Shown here: piece after piece, positions 1 to 10,798 of the stretch
Numbering within the stretch: position 1 is the stretch's first letter
Layout of the letters: each line of letters opens with the position of its first letter
Virus record (IMG/VR): IMGVR_UViG_3300025120_009955
Coordinates: 8,357-72,356 of that record
Strand: one strand, 5' to 3'
Length of the DNA: 64,000 bases
Origin: a virus
Position numbers and translations under genes: made by a program
The notes under the pieces: model-generated
The model's input: the letters and a program-made list of their open reading frames with translations, nothing else
Databases searched by the model: none
What the model was told of the DNA's origin: nothing

Positions 1-35
1 CCAACTATTGTACCATTGCAAAAGCTCTAGGAATA

Positions 36-260
36 ATGTATACTATATACTTTACTAGACATAGATCCACCGATGTAGAGTTACGTGTATACTATAACTA
101 TGATGACAAGGAAAGGCACGCTGTAGCGTGGTTTAAGGGTGGTGAATATATTCTTAACTACTGGCCATTTGAAATAGTAAATACAAAACAGATACAAGAA
201 AAGCAGTTGAAGTTGCTTTATCAATACACGAGTAAAGATTTAAAATTGGAAAGTTATTAA
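36..260 (+). CDS. hypothetical protein
   Basis: 74-aa ORF with AGGA RBS directly upstream of nrdA. Confidence 0.55.
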   Translation: MYTIYFTRHRSTDVELRVYYNYDDKERHAVAWFKGGEYILNYWPFEIVNTKQIQEKQLKLLYQYTSKDLKLESY

Positions 261-290
261 ACATAAACATATAGAAAATAGAGGGTTCAA

Positions 291-2636
291 GTGAGTAGTA
301 TTCAAGTTAAAAAACGTAGTGGTGATGTTGTTCCGTTAGACCTAGTCAAATGGCAAACTCAAGTAGCGAAGGTCTGTCGAGGTACTGCAGACGTTAGTCA
401 ATCAATGATAGAGATTAAGGCACAGCCTCATTTTTATGATGGTATCAGCACCAGAGAGATTGATGAGATTACTTTACGTGCTGTAGTTGATCTAATTGAT
501 ATAGAACACGAGCCAGAAGTAGGACACACCAATTACCAATTTGTAGCAGGCAAGCAACGCCTAAGTATGTTACGTAAAGATATATATGGTACCTATCTCC
601 CACCTAAACTGTATGAAATTGTTAAAAAAAATGTAGACACTGGCCTGTATACAGAAGAATTACTAAAATGGTATTCAGAAGATGAATGGAACGATATGGA
701 AAATATCATCGACCATAGTAAAGACGAAGATTATAGTTATGCGGCCATTGAACAGTTAATTGCAAAATATCTTGTTAAGAATAGATCAACAAAAGAAATT
801 TATGAGACTCCACAGATTCGTTATATAATTGCCGCGGCAACAGTATTCCATAAAGAAGAAACAAATAAAAGATTAAAGTTTATTAAAGAGTACTATACCT
901 GCGCCAGCGATGGATTGTTTACCCTAGCAACTCCCGTACTGGCTGGCCTAGGTACCCCTACAAAACAGTTTAGCTCGTGTGTATTAATTAAAGCAGACGA
1001 CAACTTAGACTCAATATTTGCATCAGGTGAAATGATGGCAAAATATGCGGCTAAACGTGCAGGCATTGGCCTAGAGGTAGGAAGATTAAGACCATTAGGT
1101 AGTCCCATTAGAGGTGGTGAAGTTATGCACACTGGTATGATTCCATTTTTAAAGAAATGGTTTGGTGACCTACGATCGTGTAGCCAAGGTGGTATACGTA
1201 ATGCTTCAGCAACAGTATTTTATCCCATATGGCATCATCAATTTGATGATCTAATAGTATTAAAAAACAACCAAGGAACAGAAGAAACTCGTGTACGTCA
1301 TATGGACTATGGTGTAGTATTGAATGCTTTCTTTTTTAGACGATTCAAGAACAAAGAAAATATTACATTCTTTGATCCAAACGAAGTTCCTGATTTGTAT
1401 GAAGCATTTTATACAGACACAAAACTATTTGAAGACTTATATATACAGTACGAAAAACAAAGAAACTTACGTAAAAAAGTAATATCAGCTGAAGAAGTAT
1501 TTAAAGCAGGCATACTTAAAGAACGTACAGATACTGGTAGAATATATCTTGCATTTACTGACAACGTAATGAAACAAGGACCATTTGATCCTGAACATCA
1601 TCCAATATATCAAAGTAATCTATGTTGTGAAATACTGTTACCAACTAAACCGTTTAAGAGATTAGATGATCCTAATGGACGTATTGCTTTATGTACTCTA
1701 GGAAGTATTAATTGGGGTAGTTTTAGAAATCCAGAAGATATGCGTAGAGCCTGTCGTATATTACAACGTTCATTATGCAACATATTAGATTATCAAGATT
1801 TCTTAAGTGTACAAAGTAAATTGTCAAATGATGAGATATCACCACTAGGTGTTGGTGTTACTAATTTAGCTTACTGGCACGCTAAACGAGGAATGAAGTA
1901 CGGAGAGAAAGAAGCATTACAAGAAGTTAAAACTTGGATGGAGCATCAAGCATTTTATCTAACTCAAGGTACTGTTGAACTAGCTAAAGAACGTGGTGCC
2001 TGTAAACATAGTGCATACACACGTTATGGACGAGGAGAATTTCCCTGGGAAAATCGTGCTAAAGGTGTTAATAAACTAACAGACTTTACTCCAACAAATG
2101 ATTTAAACTGGGAAACTCTACGTCATGATATGAGGATGTATGGTGTGCGTAATGCTACACTAATGGCTATTGCTCCAGTTGAATCAAGTTCTGTTGTAGT
2201 TAGTAGCACCAATGGTATTGAGATGCCAATGAGCTTGATATCAGTTAAAGAATCCAAAGCAGGATCGTTAATACAGGTAGTTCCGGAGTATAATAAATTA
2301 AAGAATAAATATGAACTGATGTGGGACCAAAAGGATTGTGAAGCATACCTTAAAACGGCCGCGGTACTAGCCGCTTATGTGGATCAAAGCATAAGTACAA
2401 ATACCTTTTATAATCCAGCACATTTTCCGGAACGTAAGGTACCAACAACTATAATTGCTAAGAATCTAATGCAGGCACACGCCTGGGGCATCAAAACCTT
2501 CTATTACAGTCTTATTAACAAGGCTGGTAGTAAAAACATAGATGACGTATTAGATGAAAGTAATCTTTTACCCTTGTCTGATACTGTAAGACAAGATTTT
2601 ATTGACGATGATGACTGTGAGGCGTGTAAACTATAA
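291..2636 (+). CDS. nrdA: ribonucleoside-diphosphate reductase class Ia alpha subunit
   Basis: N-terminal ATP cone (VKKRSG), SSCVL, QSNLCCEI catalytic motif, KTFYY, C-terminal CEAC; GTG start after GAGG. Confidence 0.97.
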   Translation: MSSIQVKKRSGDVVPLDLVKWQTQVAKVCRGTADVSQSMIEIKAQPHFYDGISTREIDEITLRAVVDLIDIEHEPEVGHTNYQFVAGKQRLSMLRKDIYGTYLPPKLYEIVKKNVDTGLYTEELLKWYSEDEWNDMENIIDHSKDEDYSYAAIEQLIAKYLVKNRSTKEIYETPQIRYIIAAATVFHKEETNKRLKFIKEYYTCASDGLFTLATPVLAGLGTPTKQFSSCVLIKADDNLDSIFASGEMMAKYAAKRAGIGLEVGRLRPLGSPIRGGEVMHTGMIPFLKKWFGDLRSCSQGGIRNASATVFYPIWHHQFDDLIVLKNNQGTEETRVRHMDYGVVLNAFFFRRFKNKENITFFDPNEVPDLYEAFYTDTKLFEDLYIQYEKQRNLRKKVISAEEVFKAGILKERTDTGRIYLAFTDNVMKQGPFDPEHHPIYQSNLCCEILLPTKPFKRLDDPNGRIALCTLGSINWGSFRNPEDMRRACRILQRSLCNILDYQDFLSVQSKLSNDEISPLGVGVTNLAYWHAKRGMKYGEKEALQEVKTWMEHQAFYLTQGTVELAKERGACKHSAYTRYGRGEFPWENRAKGVNKLTDFTPTNDLNWETLRHDMRMYGVRNATLMAIAPVESSSVVVSSTNGIEMPMSLISVKESKAGSLIQVVPEYNKLKNKYELMWDQKDCEAYLKTAAVLAAYVDQSISTNTFYNPAHFPERKVPTTIIAKNLMQAHAWGIKTFYYSLINKAGSKNIDDVLDESNLLPLSDTVRQDFIDDDDCEACKL

Positions 2637-3739
2637 TGAGTAAAGAACAATATAACTTAAAAACAAAAACTGATTATCTAAATAGAAAGATGTTCCTTGA
2701 CCCCCAAGGTCCTGTAACAATACAGAGATTCGAAGAAGTAAAATACAACAAGATAGTTAGTCTAGAACAGACTGCTAGAGGATTCTTTTGGATTCCTGAA
2801 GAAATTAGCTTAACAAAAGATTCAAATGATTTTAAAACTGCTAGTGATACAGTTAAACATATATTCACATCAAATCTGTTAAGGCAAACAGCGTTAGATA
2901 GTCTGCAAGGGCGTGGCCCAGCACAGGTATTTACACCAGTAGTTGGACTGCCTGAACTAGAAGCGTTGATGTTTAATTGGTCATTCTTTGAAACTAACAT
3001 TCACTCTAGAAGTTACAGTCATATTATACGTAACATCTACAATGTGCCTAAAGAAGTTTTTAATACAATTCACGACACCAATGAAATTATTGATATGGCT
3101 TCTAATATTGGTGAATACTACGACAAATTGCACGTAATTAATTGTAAGAAAGAATTAGGACACAAGATTGCCGAGCAGGACCATATCAATGCAATATGGC
3201 TAGCACTAAATGCAAGCTATGGTCTAGAAGCATTCCGATTTATGGTATCATTTGCTACAAGTCTTGCAATGGTAGAAAATAGAATCTTTATGGGTAACGG
3301 AAATATTATTAGCCTAATCCTACAAGATGAATTACTGCATAAAGAATGGACTGCTTGGATGATTAAACAGGTAGTTAAAGAGGACAAGAGATTTGCAAAA
3401 GCTAAAGAACAATGTGAAGCTGAAGTATATCAAATGTATATAGATGTTATAGCTGAAGAAAAAGCCTGGGCAGACTATCTATTCAAATTGGGCCCGGTTA
3501 TTGGTCTTAATGCAAACATACTTAAAGAGTTTGTTGACTACACAGCAGTTAGTGCCCTTAAAGATATTGGTATTAAGTATCAAGATCCAGCACCTAAGAC
3601 TACTCCGATACCGTGGTTTAATAAACACAGTGATACTAGTAAAAAACAAACAGCACTACAAGAAAACGAATCAACTAATTATGTCATTGGTGTAATGGAC
3701 GGAAGTCTTGAATACGATGAATTACCGGAGTTAGATTAA
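2636..3739 (+). CDS. nrdB: ribonucleoside-diphosphate reductase class Ia beta subunit
   Basis: FFWIPEEI, ETNIHSRSY, DELLH di-iron motifs; coupled to nrdA. Confidence 0.97.
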   Translation: MSKEQYNLKTKTDYLNRKMFLDPQGPVTIQRFEEVKYNKIVSLEQTARGFFWIPEEISLTKDSNDFKTASDTVKHIFTSNLLRQTALDSLQGRGPAQVFTPVVGLPELEALMFNWSFFETNIHSRSYSHIIRNIYNVPKEVFNTIHDTNEIIDMASNIGEYYDKLHVINCKKELGHKIAEQDHINAIWLALNASYGLEAFRFMVSFATSLAMVENRIFMGNGNIISLILQDELLHKEWTAWMIKQVVKEDKRFAKAKEQCEAEVYQMYIDVIAEEKAWADYLFKLGPVIGLNANILKEFVDYTAVSALKDIGIKYQDPAPKTTPIPWFNKHSDTSKKQTALQENESTNYVIGVMDGSLEYDELPELD

Positions 3740-3740
3740 A

Positions 3741-4004
3741 ATGCTCAAGATATACACAAGAAATACCTGTCAATATTGTAGTTCAGCAAAAGCTGTATTA
3801 ACCAATAAAGGAATTACCTACGAAGAAGTTAACGTAGATAAAGATCCAACTGCCCGTGAGTGGCTAATGGAAAAAGGTCATCGATCAGTACCTCAATTAT
3901 ACATTGGGGAAACACTGTTTGTAGAAGGTGGCTTTCAAGGACTGACTAAGTTGTCAGATGAAGAAATCAACGAAAGATTAGGAGAAACAGATGTTAGTGA
4001 ATAA
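3741..4004 (+). CDS. glutaredoxin (NrdH/NrdC-like)
   Basis: CQYC active site, SVPQ, GGF; follows nrdAB. Confidence 0.9.
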   Translation: MLKIYTRNTCQYCSSAKAVLTNKGITYEEVNVDKDPTAREWLMEKGHRSVPQLYIGETLFVEGGFQGLTKLSDEEINERLGETDVSE

Positions 4005-4305
4005 GTATGAAGCAGATCAAATAGTAAGTTTTAAATTAGTTAATGGTGACGAGATAGTTGCTAAATTAATTGAAGAAAACAATGATACCTATACAATTGA
4101 AAAACCTTGTACAGTGATGCCTAGCCAACAAGGTCTAGGATTAATTCAAAGTTTATTTACTAGCGAGTTAAATAAGAATGTAACACTAGAAAAGAAACAC
4201 GTAATGTTACATCAAGCAACGATGCAAAAAATTGTAGATCATTATATTAAAACAACTACAGGTATTGAAACAGCTGGGGCATCAAGCGAAATTTTACAAG
4301 CATAG
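3991..4305 (+). CDS. hypothetical phage protein (possible Sm-like fold)
   Basis: KLVNGDEIVAK motif typical of T4-like phage small proteins; GGAG RBS. Confidence 0.6.
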   Translation: MLVNKYEADQIVSFKLVNGDEIVAKLIEENNDTYTIEKPCTVMPSQQGLGLIQSLFTSELNKNVTLEKKHVMLHQATMQKIVDHYIKTTTGIETAGASSEILQA

Positions 4306-4317
4306 GACAAGTTAAAA

Positions 4318-5757
4318 ATGGCTGATACTACCGCCGCAGATTTAATTGTAACAAGCAAATCCGGAACAGTAGTTGCGGACAACTTGCTGTTGACATTAAG
4401 TACAGCTAGTGGTAGTTCAATTACTCCTAGTACTATTAAGGCAATGAGTGGCATTAATCAAAATTTAGCCCTTGGTGTTGCTCCTGTTGTTACAACAGCT
4501 ATTGCTAAACTACAAGTTGTAGCAGATAGCTCAAGCAGTCCAGCAAATGCCGCCGCGGCCAATCTTATTGCTAATCTAAATTCAACCAACTCAACACTTG
4601 CTCCAACTAATGCAGGGTTTGGTTCATTTATAAATCAAGCACGGGGCCACGTCTCAGATGCCAATGAGATAAAAAAAGCAACTAACTTTATGGCTAATAC
4701 TCCTAACTTTCCAGACTACGGCAGTGGCATAACTAATATGAGCTCATTAAGCTGTCAAGGACTTAATAACGAATTTGGTGATCTAAACAAAGCTGGTAGT
4801 ATAATGAGCAAGGCTGGATCTTGTTATGACACAACTGATATGTCAACATTTGGTCAAGGCACAGGATTTATTGATAAAATTAATAAAGTTAAGATGGGAA
4901 CTAGTACAGGATTAGATTCTGCACTTACAAGTAATGGAGTAGACATTACTAGCCTTAACGATCCAGTATATACTGAACAAATTCAAAAAACACTGCAACA
5001 GCAAAACGATCCACTAGTATTACAATCAATAACAGATCAACTTGGTGTTAGTCCGGTCGGCGATATTAATAATATGTCCGATTATCTCAACATAAACAAA
5101 TTAGTTGGGCCTGAAGATTTAAACGGATTCGATAGTTCATTATCTGGTATAGGTACAAAGTTTGGTGATATGGGTGCTAGCTTTAGTAATCCAGCACAGG
5201 CTGACGTAATGTTAGGAGGACTCCAGATACCAAATGTTCCTACACTAGATGCTAGTACTCCTTCACTAACTGAATTAGTTAGCAGTGAACAAGCACAACT
5301 AGATAGTATGACTGGAACCGGACAAGGCCCACTAGGAATGCCAAGTCTGACTGATTTCTTCCAAAGCATAAGTGGCGGTCCAGATATAGATGCACTAAAC
5401 AATAGTGATATTGATATGACTAGTATAGCTAATATGGAAACAGCATTAAACAAGCAAACTACTTTGTTTGGTCAAGCAGGGATAGATCTTTCAACACCAC
5501 CACCGAACAATCTTAACAGTTCGAAGACCTTTGCAACTAACCTACATAAATTTGGTACAGACGATATATCAAATCAACTGCTAGGCAATATGGCAAGTAA
5601 TAACGAATACGGAGACTCTATTAAAAGTAGTCTCGCAGAAGGCAAAAACAACGATTTATTGGGTCAATATGGTGTCAAAAGGCCTGATTTTAACCCGTTT
5701 GAAGGAGTTCCGTCATCCGGTGGTCCAGTAGCTACACAAGGATCATTTGGAACATAA
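4318..5757 (+). CDS. hypothetical, probable virion structural protein
   Basis: 479-aa S/T/N/G-rich ORF. Confidence 0.55.
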   Translation: MADTTAADLIVTSKSGTVVADNLLLTLSTASGSSITPSTIKAMSGINQNLALGVAPVVTTAIAKLQVVADSSSSPANAAAANLIANLNSTNSTLAPTNAGFGSFINQARGHVSDANEIKKATNFMANTPNFPDYGSGITNMSSLSCQGLNNEFGDLNKAGSIMSKAGSCYDTTDMSTFGQGTGFIDKINKVKMGTSTGLDSALTSNGVDITSLNDPVYTEQIQKTLQQQNDPLVLQSITDQLGVSPVGDINNMSDYLNINKLVGPEDLNGFDSSLSGIGTKFGDMGASFSNPAQADVMLGGLQIPNVPTLDASTPSLTELVSSEQAQLDSMTGTGQGPLGMPSLTDFFQSISGGPDIDALNNSDIDMTSIANMETALNKQTTLFGQAGIDLSTPPPNNLNSSKTFATNLHKFGTDDISNQLLGNMASNNEYGDSIKSSLAEGKNNDLLGQYGVKRPDFNPFEGVPSSGGPVATQGSFGT

Positions 5758-6445
5758 ACATCTACATCTTAATCCAGTAACAGAGTATGAAACTATCAAA
5801 GACTGGGTTTTTAAACTAATTGGAAAAGAAATAACTCCTCGCAATTTAGTTAAAGTTCTAGGTAAACAACTTAATAAACATCACCCTATTAGGGTAAAGC
5901 TGGCACAAACTAATGATCTTGATGAGGGAGATTGGTGCATTGGAGCAGAGTATGATCCAGGACTTGACGAAGCAGGCAAAAAACAGTTTATAATTGACTT
6001 TATAATTAATCATCTAAAAACAAAGCCTTTATTAATTACCGAACAAGTAGCCGGAAAATTAGCATTTGATTTAACAGAAGTACTAATACACGAGTATGAA
6101 CATCAAAGACAGTATAGGAATAGAAGATATAAACAGAATAAAAATTTATACAAAAGCACACATCAAAATATTAAGATAAAGCAGGATCAGGAATATCTAG
6201 GTAATCCAGATGAAATAGAAGCATATGGAATGAATATAGCGGCCAGATATTACCTGATGGAATATAAGTTAAATATTACTAACGAGAAAGAGATACACAG
6301 TCCGGACTTAGAAACATACTATAAAGCATTTGGTAAGAAACACGCAATAACTAAACAGCTACAAGAAAAGATAAGAGAAAATATAGAATATTATAAGGAG
6401 AACGACAATGGCAAAAAAAGAAAATACTTCAAAAGACCTAGGTAA
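5747..6445 (+). CDS. hypothetical protein with HExxH metallopeptidase-like motif
   Basis: LIHEYEH...EIEAY. Confidence 0.55.
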   Translation: MEHKHLHLNPVTEYETIKDWVFKLIGKEITPRNLVKVLGKQLNKHHPIRVKLAQTNDLDEGDWCIGAEYDPGLDEAGKKQFIIDFIINHLKTKPLLITEQVAGKLAFDLTEVLIHEYEHQRQYRNRRYKQNKNLYKSTHQNIKIKQDQEYLGNPDEIEAYGMNIAARYYLMEYKLNITNEKEIHSPDLETYYKAFGKKHAITKQLQEKIRENIEYYKENDNGKKRKYFKRPR

Positions 6446-6647
6446 AGATGACATTGAGTTTGAAAGTAACGATGAAGGTTTTAGTGCTGAAGATTATATA
6501 TTTGTTTGTACTCCAAACGGAGAGTTGAAAGAAGTTGTATTTCCAGTAACAGATTCAATGAGATATCCAGCTAAACTGTTAGAAGTGTTTGAACATTTTG
6601 GAATTGACGATCCTGACAGTTTGCTTGTACCAAAAGTACTACACTAG
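6408..6647 (+). CDS. hypothetical protein
   Basis: 79-aa ORF with AAGGAG RBS. Confidence 0.6.
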   Translation: MAKKENTSKDLGKDDIEFESNDEGFSAEDYIFVCTPNGELKEVVFPVTDSMRYPAKLLEVFEHFGIDDPDSLLVPKVLH

Positions 6648-7156
6648 CCAAGCATACGACGTAGCTGACGTAAAGTATCAGCTACATCATCTTTAAACAA
6701 TATAGCTTTCCCCCCAACACTTTCCCATTCTTCGATATTACTGATTCTATCATCAATTAATACATCATTTTCTTCTTTATGATGAGATTTCTTATCTACA
6801 GTATAAGGTCCTAAGAATAAAGGAATACCTGGAAAACGCTTTTTAATCCAATGTGTTTTATCCCAGAATACCCATTGCATATTATTTTCACGTGGCACTG
6901 CTGAGAGGAATGCAATATTCATTTCCTTATCGTTAGCTATTTTTTTTAATTCATTTACTAGTTTAACAGCATCAGGCATTAGTTCTAGTTTACTGTAAAT
7001 TCTTTCATCAACACAAATTTTAAACCAATCGTCAGTACTGTATCTATGCCCTCTTTTCGGCCGATGCCCAACAACTGCTTCTGCGTATCCTTCGAAGTCT
7101 GCTACTACACCATCCATATCTAAATATATTGTTGACATTGTTTTTTTATCTGACAT
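6644..7156 (-). CDS. 5'(3')-deoxyribonucleotidase, HAD superfamily
   Basis: YLDMDGVVADF motif I, LIDDR motif IV. Confidence 0.85.
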   Translation of the reverse strand: MSDKKTMSTIYLDMDGVVADFEGYAEAVVGHRPKRGHRYSTDDWFKICVDERIYSKLELMPDAVKLVNELKKIANDKEMNIAFLSAVPRENNMQWVFWDKTHWIKKRFPGIPLFLGPYTVDKKSHHKEENDVLIDDRISNIEEWESVGGKAILFKDDVADTLRQLRRMLG

Positions 7157-7164
7157 TATTTTTC

Positions 7165-8316
7165 CTAAATTTCAATTTGTTGGTTACCGCGATTGGGGAA
7201 ATAATCCTTTTGTTCACCTACTCTATTAAGGTCTGATGTGATACAATGTAACCCACCATCCCAAAAGTATCTATGACGGAAATTTATAATATGTGGAGTA
7301 ATACCATGGCGATCAAACGCTTCGAACACTTCCTTGTTATAGTTATTAACTACTACATTTTGTTCGTTTATAACCAGAACATTAACATCAAACACAGTCT
7401 CTTCTACATATCCAACCCAATGGCCCATCCATTCATTTACGTAATCTGTAAATTCATCATTAGTCTCTTCACCAGGTACCCACCATTTACCTTCGTTTTT
7501 ATCTTTAAGACCAAGAAATTCCGGGATCTTACCCCAACTCTGTTCTGGAAGATACACAACTTCCCATCCTGGAAATGTTTCACTATATGTTTGTACATCT
7601 CGTAGACTTAGAATTAAACCTGGTTTAACCGGACAAAAAATACCGTCACTGTGTCCACCTGAGTTTACAATATGATTGCGATGGTCAGGGAATAGTGCTT
7701 GTCTTTCACTCAGTATTGGTTTGAAGTCATCAGTTTTAACGTTAGTACCATGGTATAAATCTTTACCAATTCGTGTTGTGAAAGCGCCATTAACAGTATT
7801 TTTCTCTTTAACCAACTCGCATTTATCTCCAAGACTATCTAGCATACCTTTCCAACCAAAATAGTGAGACCCAGGATCACTTATACCAAATTGATTAAAA
7901 GCTTCATCGAGAATCCATTGTGGAATATCTTTTGGGGATTCTGGCCGATCTCCCCAGCTTTCGCCTTTAATGGCATCCCATTTAATCATAAGGTCATGAA
8001 AATTAAAAAAGAACCTATTACCAATCATAGCAGTATGATCTCTAGGTACCATTGGCGGAGGAACAATTTTACCATTATAATCTAGATAATTTTTATAATC
8101 AGTGCTGACATACGGTCTGTGAATTTCTATATCAAATGATTTTAATAATGCGATTACCTTCTGATAGTCTTCTTCTGTTTCTTCAGCAATACGTTCCATA
8201 ACTGTACGTGCTTTACTATTTTTAATCCACGAATAGAACTCTGGTGCATATGATTTCCCTACAGCACAGACTTTGAGTGGATCCCAATGTTGATTTACAC
8301 TATATTTTGTGATCAT
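7165..8316 (-). CDS. amidinotransferase family protein
   Basis: WDPLKVCAVG N-terminus, PRD, HSDG, C-terminal GGLHCIT catalytic Cys. Confidence 0.82.
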   Translation of the reverse strand: MITKYSVNQHWDPLKVCAVGKSYAPEFYSWIKNSKARTVMERIAEETEEDYQKVIALLKSFDIEIHRPYVSTDYKNYLDYNGKIVPPPMVPRDHTAMIGNRFFFNFHDLMIKWDAIKGESWGDRPESPKDIPQWILDEAFNQFGISDPGSHYFGWKGMLDSLGDKCELVKEKNTVNGAFTTRIGKDLYHGTNVKTDDFKPILSERQALFPDHRNHIVNSGGHSDGIFCPVKPGLILSLRDVQTYSETFPGWEVVYLPEQSWGKIPEFLGLKDKNEGKWWVPGEETNDEFTDYVNEWMGHWVGYVEETVFDVNVLVINEQNVVVNNYNKEVFEAFDRHGITPHIINFRHRYFWDGGLHCITSDLNRVGEQKDYFPNRGNQQIEI

Positions 8317-9434
8317 TTGAAATATTCCTTTTGTTTACCTTCTCTGTAAAGGTCTAATGTAATGCAGTGCAATCCGCCGTCCCAGAAATATCTATGGCGC
8401 CATGGCACATACACCGGTTCTACATTATGCTTTTTTAAAAATGTATTTACTTGTTCGTTGTTAGGGTTTGATATACAACAATGATGTTCATCTAACATTA
8501 GCACGTTAACGTCGAACACTGTTTCTTCAACATAACCAACCCAATCTTGTAACCAAGTTTCGACGAAGTGTGTAAACTCCGCATTATCTTCCTCACCAGC
8601 AAGCCACCACTTGCCAGCATTTTTCCTTTTTAGATCTAAAAAGCCTTTCACTTTGTTCCAACTTTGATCCTGCAAATAACATACGTCCCAGCCAGGAAAC
8701 ATTGTTTCATATGTCTGCACGTCATACAAACTTAATATTGCTCCAGGCTTTATAGGATGATAGTTTCCATCACTATGTCCTACCAATGGCACAAAGTTTA
8801 CATCAGTAAAAAGTCCAGTAGGATCATATGTTCTTTTAAAATCAAATGTTTTATCAGCAACAGTCTCCATACCAATGTCAATACGTTTCCCTAGAGGAAA
8901 ACTTCCTGCACTAGATAAGTCAAAAGTTTTTACATAATCCTTTTGTAGTTCTTGCCAAATGTCCGGCTGGAAAAAACTCTCGTTAGTAAAGTTGTTTTTA
9001 TAATCATCATAACTAGGATAATCTGCTCCAGCAATTAGATCATAATCAGTATCAGTGAGAAGCATTGCAACTCCTGTATCTAAATCTCCATATTTTTCTA
9101 AACATCTATGGATAGCATAATGATCAGTTTTATTTGACCAAGCACGATTCCCTAGAACTAGTTGAGAATCTCTAGGTTGTAGTGGGCCACGTGGGTATTC
9201 TTTAGGATTATCTATAAAGCGTTCAGTGTTATCCAATTCAGGTTGTATAACCTCTACACCAAAGTCTAGTAAAATATTTTTGAAACCTTCAAGGTCTTCA
9301 AGTGTTTCTTGACATATTCGTTTAAGCGGAGATTCTGCTCGAGTACCTAGCCCGTCAAAAAACTCTGGTGCATAGTTGTTTCCTAGCATACATACTTTGA
9401 GTGGATCCCATTTGTTCCATATGTTATACTTCAT
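8313..9434 (-). CDS. amidinotransferase family protein (paralogue of 7165..8316)
   Basis: WDPLKVCMLG, PRD, HSDG, GGLHCIT; C-terminal half highly similar to neighbour. Confidence 0.82.
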   Translation of the reverse strand: MKYNIWNKWDPLKVCMLGNNYAPEFFDGLGTRAESPLKRICQETLEDLEGFKNILLDFGVEVIQPELDNTERFIDNPKEYPRGPLQPRDSQLVLGNRAWSNKTDHYAIHRCLEKYGDLDTGVAMLLTDTDYDLIAGADYPSYDDYKNNFTNESFFQPDIWQELQKDYVKTFDLSSAGSFPLGKRIDIGMETVADKTFDFKRTYDPTGLFTDVNFVPLVGHSDGNYHPIKPGAILSLYDVQTYETMFPGWDVCYLQDQSWNKVKGFLDLKRKNAGKWWLAGEEDNAEFTHFVETWLQDWVGYVEETVFDVNVLMLDEHHCCISNPNNEQVNTFLKKHNVEPVYVPWRHRYFWDGGLHCITLDLYREGKQKEYFK

Positions 9435-9756
9435 CCGGGTAATCTCGGTATAAGGCGTGTTGTATCGTTGCAGTATCTACAAATCTATTAAAGCTCATAT
9501 GTTTTTCTTCTAGCTCACCTTTAAGAGGTGCAACCCTGGTGTGGGCTTTGTCTAACTGTTCCATATTTTTAAACTCCATCATGATATGCCATTCAGGTAT
9601 ATCCATACTCCTAAACCCTAGTTTCATACGCATCACACGAAACTTTTCCATTATGCCTTCGTCGACTAACTGCTGTAAGAAAGCATTCATATTATCAATC
9701 CATTGTTGATCATCTATGTTGCCTTTCTTGTCGGCCCAAATATTGTATACGTCCAC
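9424..9756 (-). CDS. hypothetical protein (possible dimeric alpha-beta barrel)
   Basis: 110-aa ORF overlapping both neighbours in the operon. Confidence 0.6.
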   Translation of the reverse strand: MDVYNIWADKKGNIDDQQWIDNMNAFLQQLVDEGIMEKFRVMRMKLGFRSMDIPEWHIMMEFKNMEQLDKAHTRVAPLKGELEEKHMSFNRFVDTATIQHALYRDYPDEV

Positions 9757-10205
9757 TATATTTCTCCTAATAATTCAAATCCATCAAACTTACTTTTATA
9801 CTTGTGTGCTTCACCTAGGTAATAATACTTGTATCCTTGGTCTTTATAATATGCACATTCATTTTCCAAACTTATACGTCCTAAACTTAGTTTAGGTTTT
9901 GCATAGTCCCAAGCAAATTGAACGGCATACACTACATCTTTATTATACTTGGTTACTACACTCCACGCAACCAATTTAGCATCATCATAATAACCAACGA
10001 CATCGTTATGATTCCACATAAACTCATTTTCCCACATTGGTTCAACACTAAGAAACTTTTTATAGTTACAATACTTCTTAAAGATTGATTGGAGTTCATC
10101 GATATCGGGATTAATAATTATCTTAAAGTCGGCTTTGGAAGTATAGTTAGTCTTAGATAGATCGATCCTAGCGTAATATAGATTCTGGTCGTTGGGTGAA
10201 AGCAT
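9756..10205 (-). CDS. aminoacyl-tRNA-protein transferase C-terminal (ATE/Bpt-like GNAT) domain protein
   Basis: YYDDAKLVAWS...VQFAWDYAKPKLSLGRISL...GYKYYYLG resembles the ATE_C signature (SLG...YxYLG). Confidence 0.65.
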   Translation of the reverse strand: MLSPNDQNLYYARIDLSKTNYTSKADFKIIINPDIDELQSIFKKYCNYKKFLSVEPMWENEFMWNHNDVVGYYDDAKLVAWSVVTKYNKDVVYAVQFAWDYAKPKLSLGRISLENECAYYKDQGYKYYYLGEAHKYKSKFDGFELLGEI

Positions 10206-10236
10206 ATGTTGAAGTTTTAAATAATAGTAATTAAAA

Positions 10237-10701
10237 CTATTTATAACGCCATGATACTACACTATCAACTTCCGATTTACTCCAATGATCATAATAACCT
10301 TTGTCTCTAATCTTGTCAGCGGCCGCATTCAATTCTTTCAGCCGTTGTACTATTAGTAATGCTGAATGTCCAAAGTTCATACTAACACCGTTTACTGTTT
10401 CGACTAATTCAGGATGATCTTCTAGTATCACAATGTCATCTGGCATATAAGAATCATTGAGATCTTGTGCTATTTGCCTAAATTCTTGTGCTGTAAATTC
10501 TTCAGTTGGATACCAAAACACATAAACTTCCTGTGTCCAGTTTATACTTTCAATATCTATTAGAGGATTAGTACCTTGCTGTATGTTAATTTGATTGTTT
10601 ATACGTGCGGCCCGTGCATACGGACAGGGTGCCCAATTACCTAATTTAGGATTAGGTTTTTCAACAAAATCTTTCATCCATTGTACAATTTTTTCTTGCA
10701 T
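10237..10701 (-). CDS. hypothetical protein (DUF1415-like CP[YF]A motif)
   Basis: W...FVE...PCPYA, DHP motifs. Confidence 0.55.
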   Translation of the reverse strand: MQEKIVQWMKDFVEKPNPKLGNWAPCPYARAARINNQINIQQGTNPLIDIESINWTQEVYVFWYPTEEFTAQEFRQIAQDLNDSYMPDDIVILEDHPELVETVNGVSMNFGHSALLIVQRLKELNAAADKIRDKGYYDHWSKSEVDSVVSWRYK

Positions 10702-10798
10702 CAGTTACCTAACAGCCATGGATTATTAATAATCCACCCTAGTGTATATAACGCTAGTACGACAAAAGTTACTACTGTGACATTTAATATATAACGTA

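Noticed and set aside
291-3739. Intein or intron in nrdAB
   Set aside because: Both proteins are of normal length with continuous motifs.
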